Assembly: GCA_964552065.1 (NCBI GenBank)
Contig: CAZKGE010000001.1
Location: forward strand, 1-41,215
DNA length: 41,215 nt
Reading direction: 5' to 3'
From: an uncultured Oscillospiraceae bacterium
GTDB lineage: Bacteria; Bacillota; Clostridia; Christensenellales; CAG-138
Positions 7,656 to 16,187 of this stretch are shown here, piece by piece. The stretch's first letter is position 1, and every line of letters starts with the position of its first letter. The position numbers were made by a program, and so were the translations under genes. The notes under the pieces were generated by a model, which was not told the origin of the DNA, did not search any database, and saw only the letters and a program-made list of their open reading frames with translations.

Positions 7656-9662
7656 TTAATTCATTGAAATTTGACCGAACCCCGAACGGTATATTTGCTG
7701 CGCGCGCCAAAGGAGAGCCGCGCAGCGCCCGTCGTTTTTCGAAAGGACGGCCGAGGCCGCGCGCTTGGCTTGCTGCAAGAGCGCCGCGTCAGACATGCCG
7801 AACACCAGCGCGGAAGCGCCCATGCCGCTCTGCAGCGTGCCGAGAAGCTCGCCGTAGCCGCGCATAGCGAAGTCCTTTTCGGCGATCAAAAACCCGTCCG
7901 ACGTTTCGATCATCGTTTTAATGCGGGCAAGCGCCGCCTCGGCGGGTTGCTCGCAGAGCAAAAAACAATAGCTCTTCTGTTCGCCTCGGCCCACGCGGCC
8001 GCGCAGCTGGTGCAGCTGCGCAAGGCCGAAACGGTCCGCGCTCTCGATCACCATCACGGACGCCTGCGGCACGTGCACGCCGACCTCGATCACCGTCGTC
8101 GTCACGAGAATCTTCGTTTCGCCCGCGCAGAATTTTTCGATCGCGCGCGCCTTCTCGCCTTCGCGCATGCGGCCGTACAGCAGGCCAACCGGCACATCGG
8201 GTAAAAGCGCGTTCAGCTCCTCATACAGCGCCGCAGCGGATACGCCCGGCAGCTCCTCGGACTCGTCGATGAACGGGCACACGGCGTACGCCTGTCCGCC
8301 CCGCTTGGCAAGCTCGCCCAAAAACCGGTACATGTCCGTCCGCCTGCCACGCGGCACATAGCGCGTGACGATGCCCGGCCGGCCCGGCGGCAACTCGTCG
8401 AGCACGGACACATTAAGGTCCGCAAACAGCATCAGCGCGAGCGTGCGCGGGATCGGCGTGGCCGACATCACGAGCACGTGCGGCGCGTTTCCCTTGCCGG
8501 CGACGCGCGCGCGCTGCGACACGCCGAACCGGTGCTGCTCGTCTGTCACGACGACGCCGAGCGAACAAAACTCCACTCCCGCGGAGAACAGCGCGTGCGT
8601 ACCGACGACAATAAACGCGCGTCCGTCGGCGATGCGGGCAAGCGCGTCCTCGCGCGCGTTTTTCTTCATGCCGCCGGTCAGAAGGCACACGCGCCCGCCG
8701 AAAGTCGCGGCAAGCGTGCGCGCGTGCTGCGCGGCCAGTATCTCGGTCGGCGCCATCAGCGCGCCCTGCATGCCGTTTTCGACCGCGGCAAACAGCGCGA
8801 ACATCGCCACCGCCGTCTTGCCGGAGCCGACGTCGCCCTGCAAAAGCCGGTTCATCGGCCTTTTTTGCGACAGGTCGCACGCAATCTCGCGCATGGCCCG
8901 CATCTGCGCGCCGGTGGGCTCAAACGGCAACAGCGCGTTATAGCGCTCGAGCAGTTCCTCGCAATTGAACGCAACGCCGTTCTGCCGCGACGTGTCGCCG
9001 CGGCTCTGCTCGACCGCGAGCAGGTAGGTGAGCGCCTGCTCGAACGCGAGCCTGCGCCGCGCCGCGCATTTCAAGTCCTCGCTTTGCGGAAAATGCGCGT
9101 TTTGGTACGCACTGGACAAAGGCATCAGGCCGTATTCGGAAAGGATCGATTCCGGCAGCGTTTCGGCGATTTTTCCGTCGAGCGCAGCCAGCGCGCCGCG
9201 CACGGAGTCGCGCATCACGCGCTGCGTTAGACGCGCGGGCAGCGAATACACGGGCAGGATGCCGGGTGCCGTCTCCGACAGCGTCGGGTTTTGCAGGGAA
9301 CGAGTGCGCGAAAGGTCCGCGCGGCCGCAGATGTACAGGCGCTTGCCGACCGGAACCTGATTTTTGCGGTACGGCTGGTTGTACCATTTCAGCGTGACCT
9401 GCCCGGTTTCGTCCTCCGCTTTTGCCGTGACGATGACCAGCCCGCGCACGCGCGCGATCTTCGGCTCCGAAACGACCGCGGCTTGCACCATGCAGGGCTT
9501 GCCGTGCACAAGCTTTGCCGCCGGCACGGGCTGCGAATAGTCCAGATACCCGCGCGGCAGCACGCTGAGCAGTTCCTCCGCCGTGGTTACGCCCATGGCC
9601 AAGAACTGCTCCGCGCGCTTCTTCCCCACGCCCTTAATCGATTCAACCGGTAACTGCGCCAT
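7656..9662 (-). CDS. recG: ATP-dependent DNA helicase RecG
   Basis: N-terminal wedge/OB region, helicase motif I GDVGSGKT, motif II DEQHRFG, and C-terminal QLHQLRGRVGRG. Confidence 0.93.
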   Translation of the reverse strand: MAQLPVESIKGVGKKRAEQFLAMGVTTAEELLSVLPRGYLDYSQPVPAAKLVHGKPCMVQAAVVSEPKIARVRGLVIVTAKAEDETGQVTLKWYNQPYRKNQVPVGKRLYICGRADLSRTRSLQNPTLSETAPGILPVYSLPARLTQRVMRDSVRGALAALDGKIAETLPESILSEYGLMPLSSAYQNAHFPQSEDLKCAARRRLAFEQALTYLLAVEQSRGDTSRQNGVAFNCEELLERYNALLPFEPTGAQMRAMREIACDLSQKRPMNRLLQGDVGSGKTAVAMFALFAAVENGMQGALMAPTEILAAQHARTLAATFGGRVCLLTGGMKKNAREDALARIADGRAFIVVGTHALFSAGVEFCSLGVVVTDEQHRFGVSQRARVAGKGNAPHVLVMSATPIPRTLALMLFADLNVSVLDELPPGRPGIVTRYVPRGRRTDMYRFLGELAKRGGQAYAVCPFIDESEELPGVSAAALYEELNALLPDVPVGLLYGRMREGEKARAIEKFCAGETKILVTTTVIEVGVHVPQASVMVIESADRFGLAQLHQLRGRVGRGEQKSYCFLLCEQPAEAALARIKTMIETSDGFLIAEKDFAMRGYGELLGTLQSGMGASALVFGMSDAALLQQAKRAASAVLSKNDGRCAALLWRAQQIYRSGFGQISMN

Positions 9663-9670
9663 ACTGCAAG

Positions 9671-9697
9671 AAAAAACGGGCGGGTCTCCCCGCCCGT
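9671..9697 (-). terminator. Intrinsic terminator after yloV, directly abutting the recG start codon
   Basis: Minus strand ACGGGCGGG-GAGA-CCCGCCCGT (9-bp GC-rich stem) followed by TTTTTT. The U-tract ends 8 nt before the recG ATG. Confidence 0.75.
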
Positions 9698-9710
9698 ATG
9701 CTCCCCCGCG

Positions 9711-11351
9711 TCACTCCACGGAGATGAAGTAGTAATACAGCGGCTGCCCGCCGCACGAGGCGATGAATTCGGCTTCCGGGTACTGCGCCTCGAGCTCGCC
9801 GACCAAAGCTTCCGCGTTGCCCTCGTCCATGCCCTCGCCGTAGAAGATCGTGACGGTCGCGTCCGGCGCGCCCTTCTTCTCGATCATCTTTTTGACGAGC
9901 AGCATGGAGGTTTCCTCGACGCTGCCGTTGACGACGCTGATATGGTTGTCGAGCAGGCCGATGATGTCGCCCTGCTTGATCGTCTCGCCGTCGGCCTTGG
10001 AGTCGCGGATGGCATAGGTGACCGCACCCGAGACCACGCCGGCAAACGCTTTCTCCATGTTCGCCTGGTTCTCGTCGGCCGTTCCGTCGCGGTCGAACGC
10101 CATCGCGGCCGCGATGCCCTGCGGGATCGTCTTGGTCGTCAGCACGACCGCGTTCTGCTTGACGAGCTGCGCCGCCTGCTGCGCGGCGAGTATGATGTTG
10201 CTGTTGTTCGGCAGCACGAACACGTTGCGCGCGTTGACGCGGCCGATCGCCTGCGCGATCGTGTCGATGCTCGGGTTCATGGTCTGGCCGCCGGAGATGA
10301 TCGCGTCCGCGCCAAGCTCCGTAAACACCGCGTCGAGCCCCTCGCCCGCGCTGACGGCGACCATGCCGAGCTCCTTCTCGTTCTTCTTGCGCTCCTCCAT
10401 GAGCTGCCGGTTCTGCTCGCGCATGTTCTCGATCTTGAGCTTATCCAGCTCGCCGAGCCGCAGCGCCATCTGCAGCACCTTGCCGGGCGCGTTGGAATGC
10501 ACGTGCACCTTGATCATGTCGTCGTCCATCGCGACGACAACGGAATCGCCGAGCTTGTTGAGATGGTCGCGGAATTTGTCGACGTCCTCCTCGCGGAACG
10601 CCTCGGACGGGCGCACGACGAAGAACTCCGTGCAATAGCCGAACTCGATGTTCTCGCCGGAAAAGCTGTCGCCCTCGAAAGCGGGGGGCGCCGCGGTCTC
10701 CTGCTCGGGCAGCACGTAGTCGGCGATCTCCTCGCCGTCGAGCGAGAGCTTGAAGCCGCGGTAGATCGTGACAAGGCCCTTGCCGCCGGAGTCCACGACG
10801 CCCGCCTCACGCAAAATCGGCAGGAGGTTCGGCGTGTCGGCGAGCGCGCGCTCGCCCTCGTCAATCATCTCGTCGAACAGCCGGTATACGTTTGCGCCGC
10901 GCTCGGCAAACGCGCTCGCGCGCTCGGCGATCCGATGCGACACGGTCAGGATCGTGCCCTCCTTGGGCTTCATGACGGCCTTGTACGCCGCCTCGGAACC
11001 CATCATGAGCGCGCGGGCGAGCAGCTTTGCGTCCATGTTCGTCTCGTCCTTGCACGCGCGCGAAAAACCGCGGAATAATTGCGAAAGAATGACGCCGGAA
11101 TTGCCGCGCGCGCCGCGCAAAGCGCCCATGCTGAGCGCGTCGGCGACCTGACTGACCGGCGCGTTGTCGGGCAGGGAGCGCGTTTCCTTGACGGCGCTCG
11201 CCATGGTCATGGACATGTTCGTGCCCGTGTCGCCGTCCGGCACCGGAAACACGTTCAGCGCGTCGATCGCTTGTTTGTGCTTCTCCAACAGAGCGGCGCC
11301 CGCGATAATCATATCGCGGAATTGCGCGCCGCTGATCGTCAAATGATTCAA
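9711..11351 (-). CDS. yloV: DAK2 domain-containing protein, YloV family
   Basis: N-terminal Dak2 motif VFPVPDGDTGTNM and a roughly 550-aa length. It sits between asp23 and recG, as in Bacillus. TTG start with SD GGAGGT 9 nt upstream. Confidence 0.9.
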   Translation of the reverse strand: MNHLTISGAQFRDMIIAGAALLEKHKQAIDALNVFPVPDGDTGTNMSMTMASAVKETRSLPDNAPVSQVADALSMGALRGARGNSGVILSQLFRGFSRACKDETNMDAKLLARALMMGSEAAYKAVMKPKEGTILTVSHRIAERASAFAERGANVYRLFDEMIDEGERALADTPNLLPILREAGVVDSGGKGLVTIYRGFKLSLDGEEIADYVLPEQETAAPPAFEGDSFSGENIEFGYCTEFFVVRPSEAFREEDVDKFRDHLNKLGDSVVVAMDDDMIKVHVHSNAPGKVLQMALRLGELDKLKIENMREQNRQLMEERKKNEKELGMVAVSAGEGLDAVFTELGADAIISGGQTMNPSIDTIAQAIGRVNARNVFVLPNNSNIILAAQQAAQLVKQNAVVLTTKTIPQGIAAAMAFDRDGTADENQANMEKAFAGVVSGAVTYAIRDSKADGETIKQGDIIGLLDNHISVVNGSVEETSMLLVKKMIEKKGAPDATVTIFYGEGMDEGNAEALVGELEAQYPEAEFIASCGGQPLYYYFISVE

Positions 11352-11390
11352 AACTTTGTTACCTCCGCCATCGCGAACGGCGAAAACCGT

Positions 11391-11765
11391 TTACGCGTTC
11401 TGCGCGCCCGTCTCCACGCGCACCGCTTCCACATGGACGTTCACGTTCCGAACGGGCAGACCGGTCATCTCCTCCACGCGATAGCGAACATTGCTCTTGG
11501 TGTTCGCGGCCACGGCGGGCAGCGAAACGCCATATTCCAGCGTCACATACAGATCGATCTCGATCTCTTTGCCGTCGATCACGTTCACCTTGACGCCGCG
11601 CTTTAAGTTGTCCTTGCCAAAAAGTTCGACGAACGAGTCCGCCGCTTTCTTGGCGTTCATGCCGACGATGCCGTAGTTCTCTACGGCAGCGTAACCGGCG
11701 ATACTGGCGATCAGGTCGTCGTTCAGCGTGATCGTGCCAAGCGAATTTTTGATTTCAGCAGCCAT
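11391..11765 (-). CDS. Asp23/Gls24-family envelope stress protein (YloU-like)
   Basis: 124 aa with typical Asp23 sequence (LGTITLNDDLIASIAGYAAVENYGIVGM ... VNVHVEAV). SD GGAGGAGG lies upstream. Confidence 0.9.
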   Translation of the reverse strand: MAAEIKNSLGTITLNDDLIASIAGYAAVENYGIVGMNAKKAADSFVELFGKDNLKRGVKVNVIDGKEIEIDLYVTLEYGVSLPAVAANTKSNVRYRVEEMTGLPVRNVNVHVEAVRVETGAQNA

Positions 11766-11796
11766 GGTAAAGCCTCCTCCGCCTTCTTAGCAGTTT

Positions 11797-11825
11797 ATTG
11801 TACCAGACATACAAAAAATACGCAA
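11797..11825 (-). promoter_or_regulatory. Sigma-A-type promoter for asp23-yloV (TTGCGT-17 nt-TGgTACAAT)
   Basis: Minus strand: -35 TTGCGT (11820-11825), 17-nt spacer, extended -10 TGgTACAAT (11797-11805). Confidence 0.6.
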
Positions 11826-11829
11826 CCTG

Positions 11830-12567
11830 TCATTCTTCGTCCGGCAGGTTGCCGTTGTGGAACACGTCCTGCACGTCGTCGTTGTCGTCGAGCATCTCGA
11901 GGAAGCGCTCGACCTTTGCCAGCGTCTCCGGGTCGGTCACGCCGACGGTGTTTTGCGGGATCATCGCGATCTCGGCGGACATGAACTCGTACCCCGCGCT
12001 TTCGAGCGCCTCGCGCACGTCCGAGAACGCCGCGGGGTCGGTATAAACCTCGAACGCGTCGTCCTGCGGCACAAAGTCCAGCGCGCCCGCGTCGAGCGCC
12101 GCCATCATCACCTCGTCCTCGTCCATCAGCGCGGTGCGCTCGACGATGATCTGGCCCTTCTTGTCGAACATCCAGCCGACGCAGCCGCTGCTGCCGAGGT
12201 TGCCGCCGCTCTTGTCAAATATGTGTCGCATCTCGGCCGCCGTGCGGTTGCGATTGTCGGTCACGACCTCGACGATCACGGCGATATTTCCCGGGCCGTA
12301 GCCCTCGTAGGTCACCTGCTCGTAGGTGACGCTGCCCGCCTCGCCCGCCGCCTTCTTGATCGAGCGCGCGATGTTGTCGTTCGGGACGTTGTTCGCCTTG
12401 GCCTTGGCGACGACGTCGCGCAGCTTGGAGTTGTTCGCGGGGTCCGCGCCGCCCTCCTTGACCGCGATGGCGATCTCGCGGCCGATCTTGGTGAATATCT
12501 TGCCGCGCTGGGAGTCGGTCTTTTCCTTCTTATTCTTAATGTTGGCCCACTTGGAATGCCCTGACAT
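11830..12567 (-). CDS. yebC: YebC/PmpR-family DNA-binding regulator / translation factor
   Basis: N-terminus MSGHSKWANIKNKKEKTDSQRGKIFTKIGREI is the canonical YebC signature. Length is 245 aa. Confidence 0.93.
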   Translation of the reverse strand: MSGHSKWANIKNKKEKTDSQRGKIFTKIGREIAIAVKEGGADPANNSKLRDVVAKAKANNVPNDNIARSIKKAAGEAGSVTYEQVTYEGYGPGNIAVIVEVVTDNRNRTAAEMRHIFDKSGGNLGSSGCVGWMFDKKGQIIVERTALMDEDEVMMAALDAGALDFVPQDDAFEVYTDPAAFSDVREALESAGYEFMSAEIAMIPQNTVGVTDPETLAKVERFLEMLDDNDDVQDVFHNGNLPDEE

Positions 12568-12582
12568 GGTATCCTCCTCCGT

Positions 12583-13143
12583 CTATTTCGAAACTTCGGC
12601 CAGTTTGTCGCGTATCAGCTGCATATCGGTCCACGCGTCGCGCTTCTTGGTCTCGTCGCGCAAAAGCGCCGCCGGATGATAGGTCGCGAGGAACCACACG
12701 CCGTTCTTTTTCTGCCACACGCCGCGGTCGCGCGTGATCCGCCCGTTCGGGTCGAGCAGGTATCGCAGCGCGATCGAGCCCAGGCACACGACGATCTTCG
12801 GCTTAATCAGCGCGTACTGGCCGCGCAGATACGGCAGACACGCGTCCGCCTCGCTCGGCTCGGGGTTGCGGTTGCCGGGCGGCCTGCATTTGACAACGTT
12901 TGCAATATACACGTCCTCGCGGCGAATGTCAATCGCCGCAAGCATCCGGTCAAGCAGATGCCCCGCCGGGCCGACGAACGGCCGGCCGAGCCGGTCCTCC
13001 TCCTGCCCCGGCCCCTCGCCCACGAACATGAGCGCAGCGTTGGGGTTGCCCTCGCCGAACGCCACGTGCGTGCGCATCTCACACAGACGGCATCTGCCGC
13101 ACTGTTCGACCGCCTGCTTGAGCGTCTGCCAGTCATAATGCAC
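12583..13143 (-). CDS. udg: Uracil-DNA glycosylase, family 4 (Fe-S cluster type)
   Basis: CGRCRLC cysteine motif, GEGPGQEEDRLGRPFVGPAG active-site motif, and HPAALLR. The start is uncertain. GTG at 13143 is the first plausible start that keeps the N-terminal cysteines. The Arg-rich extension of the track ORF to 13278 overlaps the upstream gene and looks non-coding. Confidence 0.85.
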   Translation of the reverse strand: MHYDWQTLKQAVEQCGRCRLCEMRTHVAFGEGNPNAALMFVGEGPGQEEDRLGRPFVGPAGHLLDRMLAAIDIRREDVYIANVVKCRPPGNRNPEPSEADACLPYLRGQYALIKPKIVVCLGSIALRYLLDPNGRITRDRGVWQKKNGVWFLATYHPAALLRDETKKRDAWTDMQLIRDKLAEVSK

Positions 13144-13147
13144 GAGC

Positions 13148-13816
13148 TCAGATATTTTCGGCCGCCTCCTCGTCCAGGATGAAGATCGCGTTTCCGTGCA
13201 GCTGCAGATAGCTTGCCGGCACGGCCGGCACGATCGGCCCGTGGAAGATCGACGGCGCGACCTGCGCCTTGTTCGCACCGGTGATCAGCACGACGAGCTT
13301 CCTCGCCGCCATGATCGTCGACACGCCGACCGTCACGACGCGCCCCTGCTCCGTGCGCTCGACATGTGTCACCGGAGCCAGCTCGCTCGCGGAAAAGTTA
13401 TACACGATGCTGCCGTCCGGCCGCACCGCAAGGAACGCCAGATCCATGCCGCCCGCCGAGATGATCTCGCTCTCGAAGTCGTTGCACACGAGGCTCCAGT
13501 CGCCCTTCTTCGTGTTCGGCAGGTGCCGGTCCACGGCCGGCTGGCCGACCTTGTCGAACAGCGACACGCAGAGCTGCTGGTAGATCGAGCGGTCCGTGTC
13601 GCCGCCGACCTGCTCGGAGAGTATGAACGCGACGACCTCGCTCCAGTCGAGCAGGCCGTCGCCCGTCATGCGCGTCAGCGCGCGGTACACGGGCGCGAGC
13701 TCGGGCGAATAGTCGAAGCCGATCACGCTCGCGGGTTTTTCAATGATCTGCGCGGCCAGCATCGTCGCGGCCGCAGCGCCCGCGATGGATTTGTCCCGGT
13801 AGACGAGGATGCTCAT
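13148..13816 (-). CDS. NagB/6-phosphogluconolactonase-fold protein, catalytically divergent
   Basis: 222 aa that aligns by eye to glucosamine-6-phosphate deaminase (e.g. YLQLHGNAIFILDEEAA versus CLQLHPKAIMVCDEPS), but key catalytic positions are substituted (see findings). Confidence 0.75.
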   Translation of the reverse strand: MSILVYRDKSIAGAAAATMLAAQIIEKPASVIGFDYSPELAPVYRALTRMTGDGLLDWSEVVAFILSEQVGGDTDRSIYQQLCVSLFDKVGQPAVDRHLPNTKKGDWSLVCNDFESEIISAGGMDLAFLAVRPDGSIVYNFSASELAPVTHVERTEQGRVVTVGVSTIMAARKLVVLITGANKAQVAPSIFHGPIVPAVPASYLQLHGNAIFILDEEAAENI

Positions 13817-14754
13817 TTTTCAAGTTCCCCCTGGGCCGCCACGGTCTCGACAAACAGCAGCACATCGCGGAATACCTCGCCGCGGTTGATCTCATTGAGC
13901 ATCTCGTGCCTGCCGCTTTCGTAGAGCTTGAGCTCCACGTCGTGACCGGTCGCGCGCAGCCAAGACGCGACCTGCTTCGGGCCCTTTCCCGCGCCGCCGA
14001 CGGGGTCGAGCGCGCCGGAGATCATCAGAATCGGTTTTTTCGGCACGCGCTTTGCCCACGCGGGATTCGAGATCTCGGTCAGGCCATCGAACACGTCGAG
14101 CATCGCGCGCGCGGTGAACGGATACCCGCACAGCGGGTCGGCGGTATACCGGTCGACGATCTCCACGTCGCGCGAGAGCCAGTCGTTGGCCGTGCGGTTG
14201 GGCTTAAACGCCTTGTTGTAGGAGCCGAAGCTTAAATCGAACAGCGTCTTTGACGGCCCCCTGCCACCGGTTTTTTTGATCTCCTGCTTTGCGATCCATT
14301 TTCCGACCGCGAGCACGGGGTTTGTTCCGGCCGTGCCGGAAAACACGAACGCGTCGAAATCGTCCCCGTCCCTGCCCGCGTACGTGCGCGCGAGGAACGA
14401 GCCTATCGAGTGGCCAAACAGCACGAACGGGATCGCGGGAAAATCCGTCCTGACGAGGTCGCGCAGCGTGCGCATGTCCTGCACGTTGGCGTCCCAGCCG
14501 TTCTTGTCGCCGAAGTAGCCGAGTGCGCCGCCTTCGCGGACGCTCTTGCCGTGGCTCGCGATGTCCTGCCCGTAGGCAAGCACGCCGTTTGCCGCCAGGA
14601 ACGACGCGAACGCGTCGTAGCGGTCGATATGCTCGGCCATGCCGTGCGTGAGCTGGACTGCGGCGCGCGGTTCCTCGGGGACCCACATGCGGCAGCGAAT
14701 ATCGCAAATGCCGGTGGCGGACGGAAAATGCCGCTCTCGCTGTGTGATTTTCAT
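13813..14754 (-). CDS. Alpha/beta hydrolase (lysophospholipase / monoacylglycerol lipase-like)
   Basis: HGMAEH oxyanion region and nucleophile elbow GHSIGS. The C-terminal Asp and His region (SGALDPV ... GRHEMLNE) is present. The stop overlaps the next gene's start in an ATGA. Confidence 0.85.
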   Translation of the reverse strand: MKITQRERHFPSATGICDIRCRMWVPEEPRAAVQLTHGMAEHIDRYDAFASFLAANGVLAYGQDIASHGKSVREGGALGYFGDKNGWDANVQDMRTLRDLVRTDFPAIPFVLFGHSIGSFLARTYAGRDGDDFDAFVFSGTAGTNPVLAVGKWIAKQEIKKTGGRGPSKTLFDLSFGSYNKAFKPNRTANDWLSRDVEIVDRYTADPLCGYPFTARAMLDVFDGLTEISNPAWAKRVPKKPILMISGALDPVGGAGKGPKQVASWLRATGHDVELKLYESGRHEMLNEINRGEVFRDVLLFVETVAAQGELEK

Positions 14755-14799
14755 GTTGCCTGCTCCCGTTTTCTACAAATCATTGCGTATGGATAAATA

Positions 14800-14828
14800 A
14801 GTATACCACGCTATGGCGGTATACTCAA
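14800..14828 (-). promoter_or_regulatory. Sigma-A-type promoter for the hydrolase operon (TTGAGT-17 nt-TGgTATACT), embedded in an 8-bp inverted repeat
   Basis: Minus strand: -35 TTGAGT (14823-14828) and extended -10 TGgTATACT (14800-14808). The inverted repeat AGTATACC (14800-14807) / GGTATACT (14818-14825) spans the -10 and spacer. Confidence 0.6.
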
Positions 14829-14886
14829 GAATCGCAACTCGGTTTTTCCATGGGTTTTCCAGGCGAATGTTTCCGGTTTTGGCGGT

Positions 14887-15447
14887 TCAGTCGCCGATTT
14901 CGAGCGTATGTGACGCGTTAAGTAACAGCGCGTCGTCCGGATCGTGCGACACGAGCACGATCAGCCGCGCGGCGCCGGACAGGGCCGATGCGACCGTTTT
15001 CCGGCTCTCCTCGTCCAGACCGGTGAACGGTTCGTCCAAAAACAGCACGTCGTTTGTATAGCACATGGCCCGCGCCACGGCGACGCGGCGCGCCATGCCG
15101 CCGGAGAGCTCGGCGGGCAGCTTGTCGAGCGCGTCAGTAAGGCCGAGCGCGGACAGGGTTTCGGCTGCCTTACACCCGTCGCATACGCAGGCGACGTTCT
15201 CGAGCGCGGTCCTCCACGGCAGCAGCCGGTCCTCCTGAAACACGAACCCGATTTTGCGACTCTCCAGACCGGTCACGCTGCCCGTGCTGGGCCGGATCAG
15301 ACCGGCCAACGCGCGCAGCAGCGTCGTCTTGCCCGCGCCGGAAGCGCCGCGCACGAGCACGACGCCCTCGTCCGGCAAACTTGCCGAGAACCGGTCCAGC
15401 ACGGCCTTCTCGCTGAAGCGAACGGTCAAATCCCGGATCACGATCAT
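14887..15447 (-). CDS. ABC transporter ATP-binding protein (NitT/TauT-like, short form)
   Basis: Walker A GASGAGKTT, Q-loop FVFQED, signature LSGGMARR, Walker B VLFLDEP, H-loop VSHD. The ATG at 15447 overlaps the permease stop (ATGA). The 165-codon upstream extension in the track ORF overlaps the permease gene and is rejected. Confidence 0.9.
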   Translation of the reverse strand: MIVIRDLTVRFSEKAVLDRFSASLPDEGVVLVRGASGAGKTTLLRALAGLIRPSTGSVTGLESRKIGFVFQEDRLLPWRTALENVACVCDGCKAAETLSALGLTDALDKLPAELSGGMARRVAVARAMCYTNDVLFLDEPFTGLDEESRKTVASALSGAARLIVLVSHDPDDALLLNASHTLEIGD

Positions 15448-16187
15448 CCGCGTATCCTCCGCATCGCGCGCGAGAGCAGCCACTCGATCAGCATCGAAAG
15501 CAGGACAACGAGCAGCGTCCACGCGAACAGATCGGCCGTCTCGAGCGTGAGCTTGGACTCGTAGAGCATATAACCGACCGACCGCTTCGGCAGCGAGAGG
15601 ATCTCTGCCGCGACGCCGGACTTCCACGCAAAGCCGAGCCCGGTCGTGGCGGCGGCCAGAAACGCGGGCTGCACCGAGGGCGCGTACACGAGGCGCACCG
15701 TTTTCCGAAACGGAAAGCGGAACGCGCGCGCCATCTCGAGGAGCTTCTTGTCGGTTTCGCGGATGGCGTTCAGCACGGCCGACCACACGATCGGCAGCAC
15801 CATTAAAAACGAGATGAACACCGGCACGAGTCCCGAAACAAGCCAAAGGATCGCGAGCAGGATGATCGACGTCACCGGCGTGGCCTTCACCACGCCGCGC
15901 AACGGAGTAAGCAGCGCGTCCGCAAACGGACTTTTTGCGCAAAGCGCCGCGAGCAGCACGCCGGATACGACGCCCGCCGCGTAGCCCGCCAGCACGCGCA
16001 GGAGCGTCAGCCCCGCTTTGATCCAGCTTTCCGGCAGGGCCAGAAGCCGGACAAAGCGGGCGACGGTCTCAAGTGGCCCCGGCAGCAGCAACCCGTTGCC
16101 GACAAGCAGGCTGGCCAGTTCCCAGGCGAGCAGGTACGTCAGCGGGATCAGGACGGACCGGGTAAGAAGCCCGCGCTTAGCCGGCAT
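15444..16187 (-). CDS. ABC transporter permease (NitT/TauT-like)
   Basis: Multi-pass membrane protein with about six hydrophobic segments, between the binding protein and ATPase genes. The start is assigned to ATG 16187 (MPAKRGLL...). The track start at 16238 would overlap the upstream gene by 62 nt. Confidence 0.8.
   Translation of the reverse strand: MPAKRGLLTRSVLIPLTYLLAWELASLLVGNGLLLPGPLETVARFVRLLALPESWIKAGLTLLRVLAGYAAGVVSGVLLAALCAKSPFADALLTPLRGVVKATPVTSIILLAILWLVSGLVPVFISFLMVLPIVWSAVLNAIRETDKKLLEMARAFRFPFRKTVRLVYAPSVQPAFLAAATTGLGFAWKSGVAAEILSLPKRSVGYMLYESKLTLETADLFAWTLLVVLLSMLIEWLLSRAMRRIRG

Noticed and set aside
13144-13278. An Arg/Ser-rich N-terminal extension of the UDG ORF (MRTRRRSRRRSSTGRS...).
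   Set aside because: It overlaps the 3' end of the NagB-like gene, has non-protein-like composition, and UDG family 4 homology begins only around VHYDWQTLKQ.
15448-15942. A 165-codon N-terminal extension of the ABC ATPase ORF (track 14887..15942).
   Set aside because: The extension fully overlaps the permease gene in another frame and is Arg/Ala-rich. The ATPase fold begins at MIVIRDLTV (ATG 15447), which forms an ATGA overlap with the permease stop.
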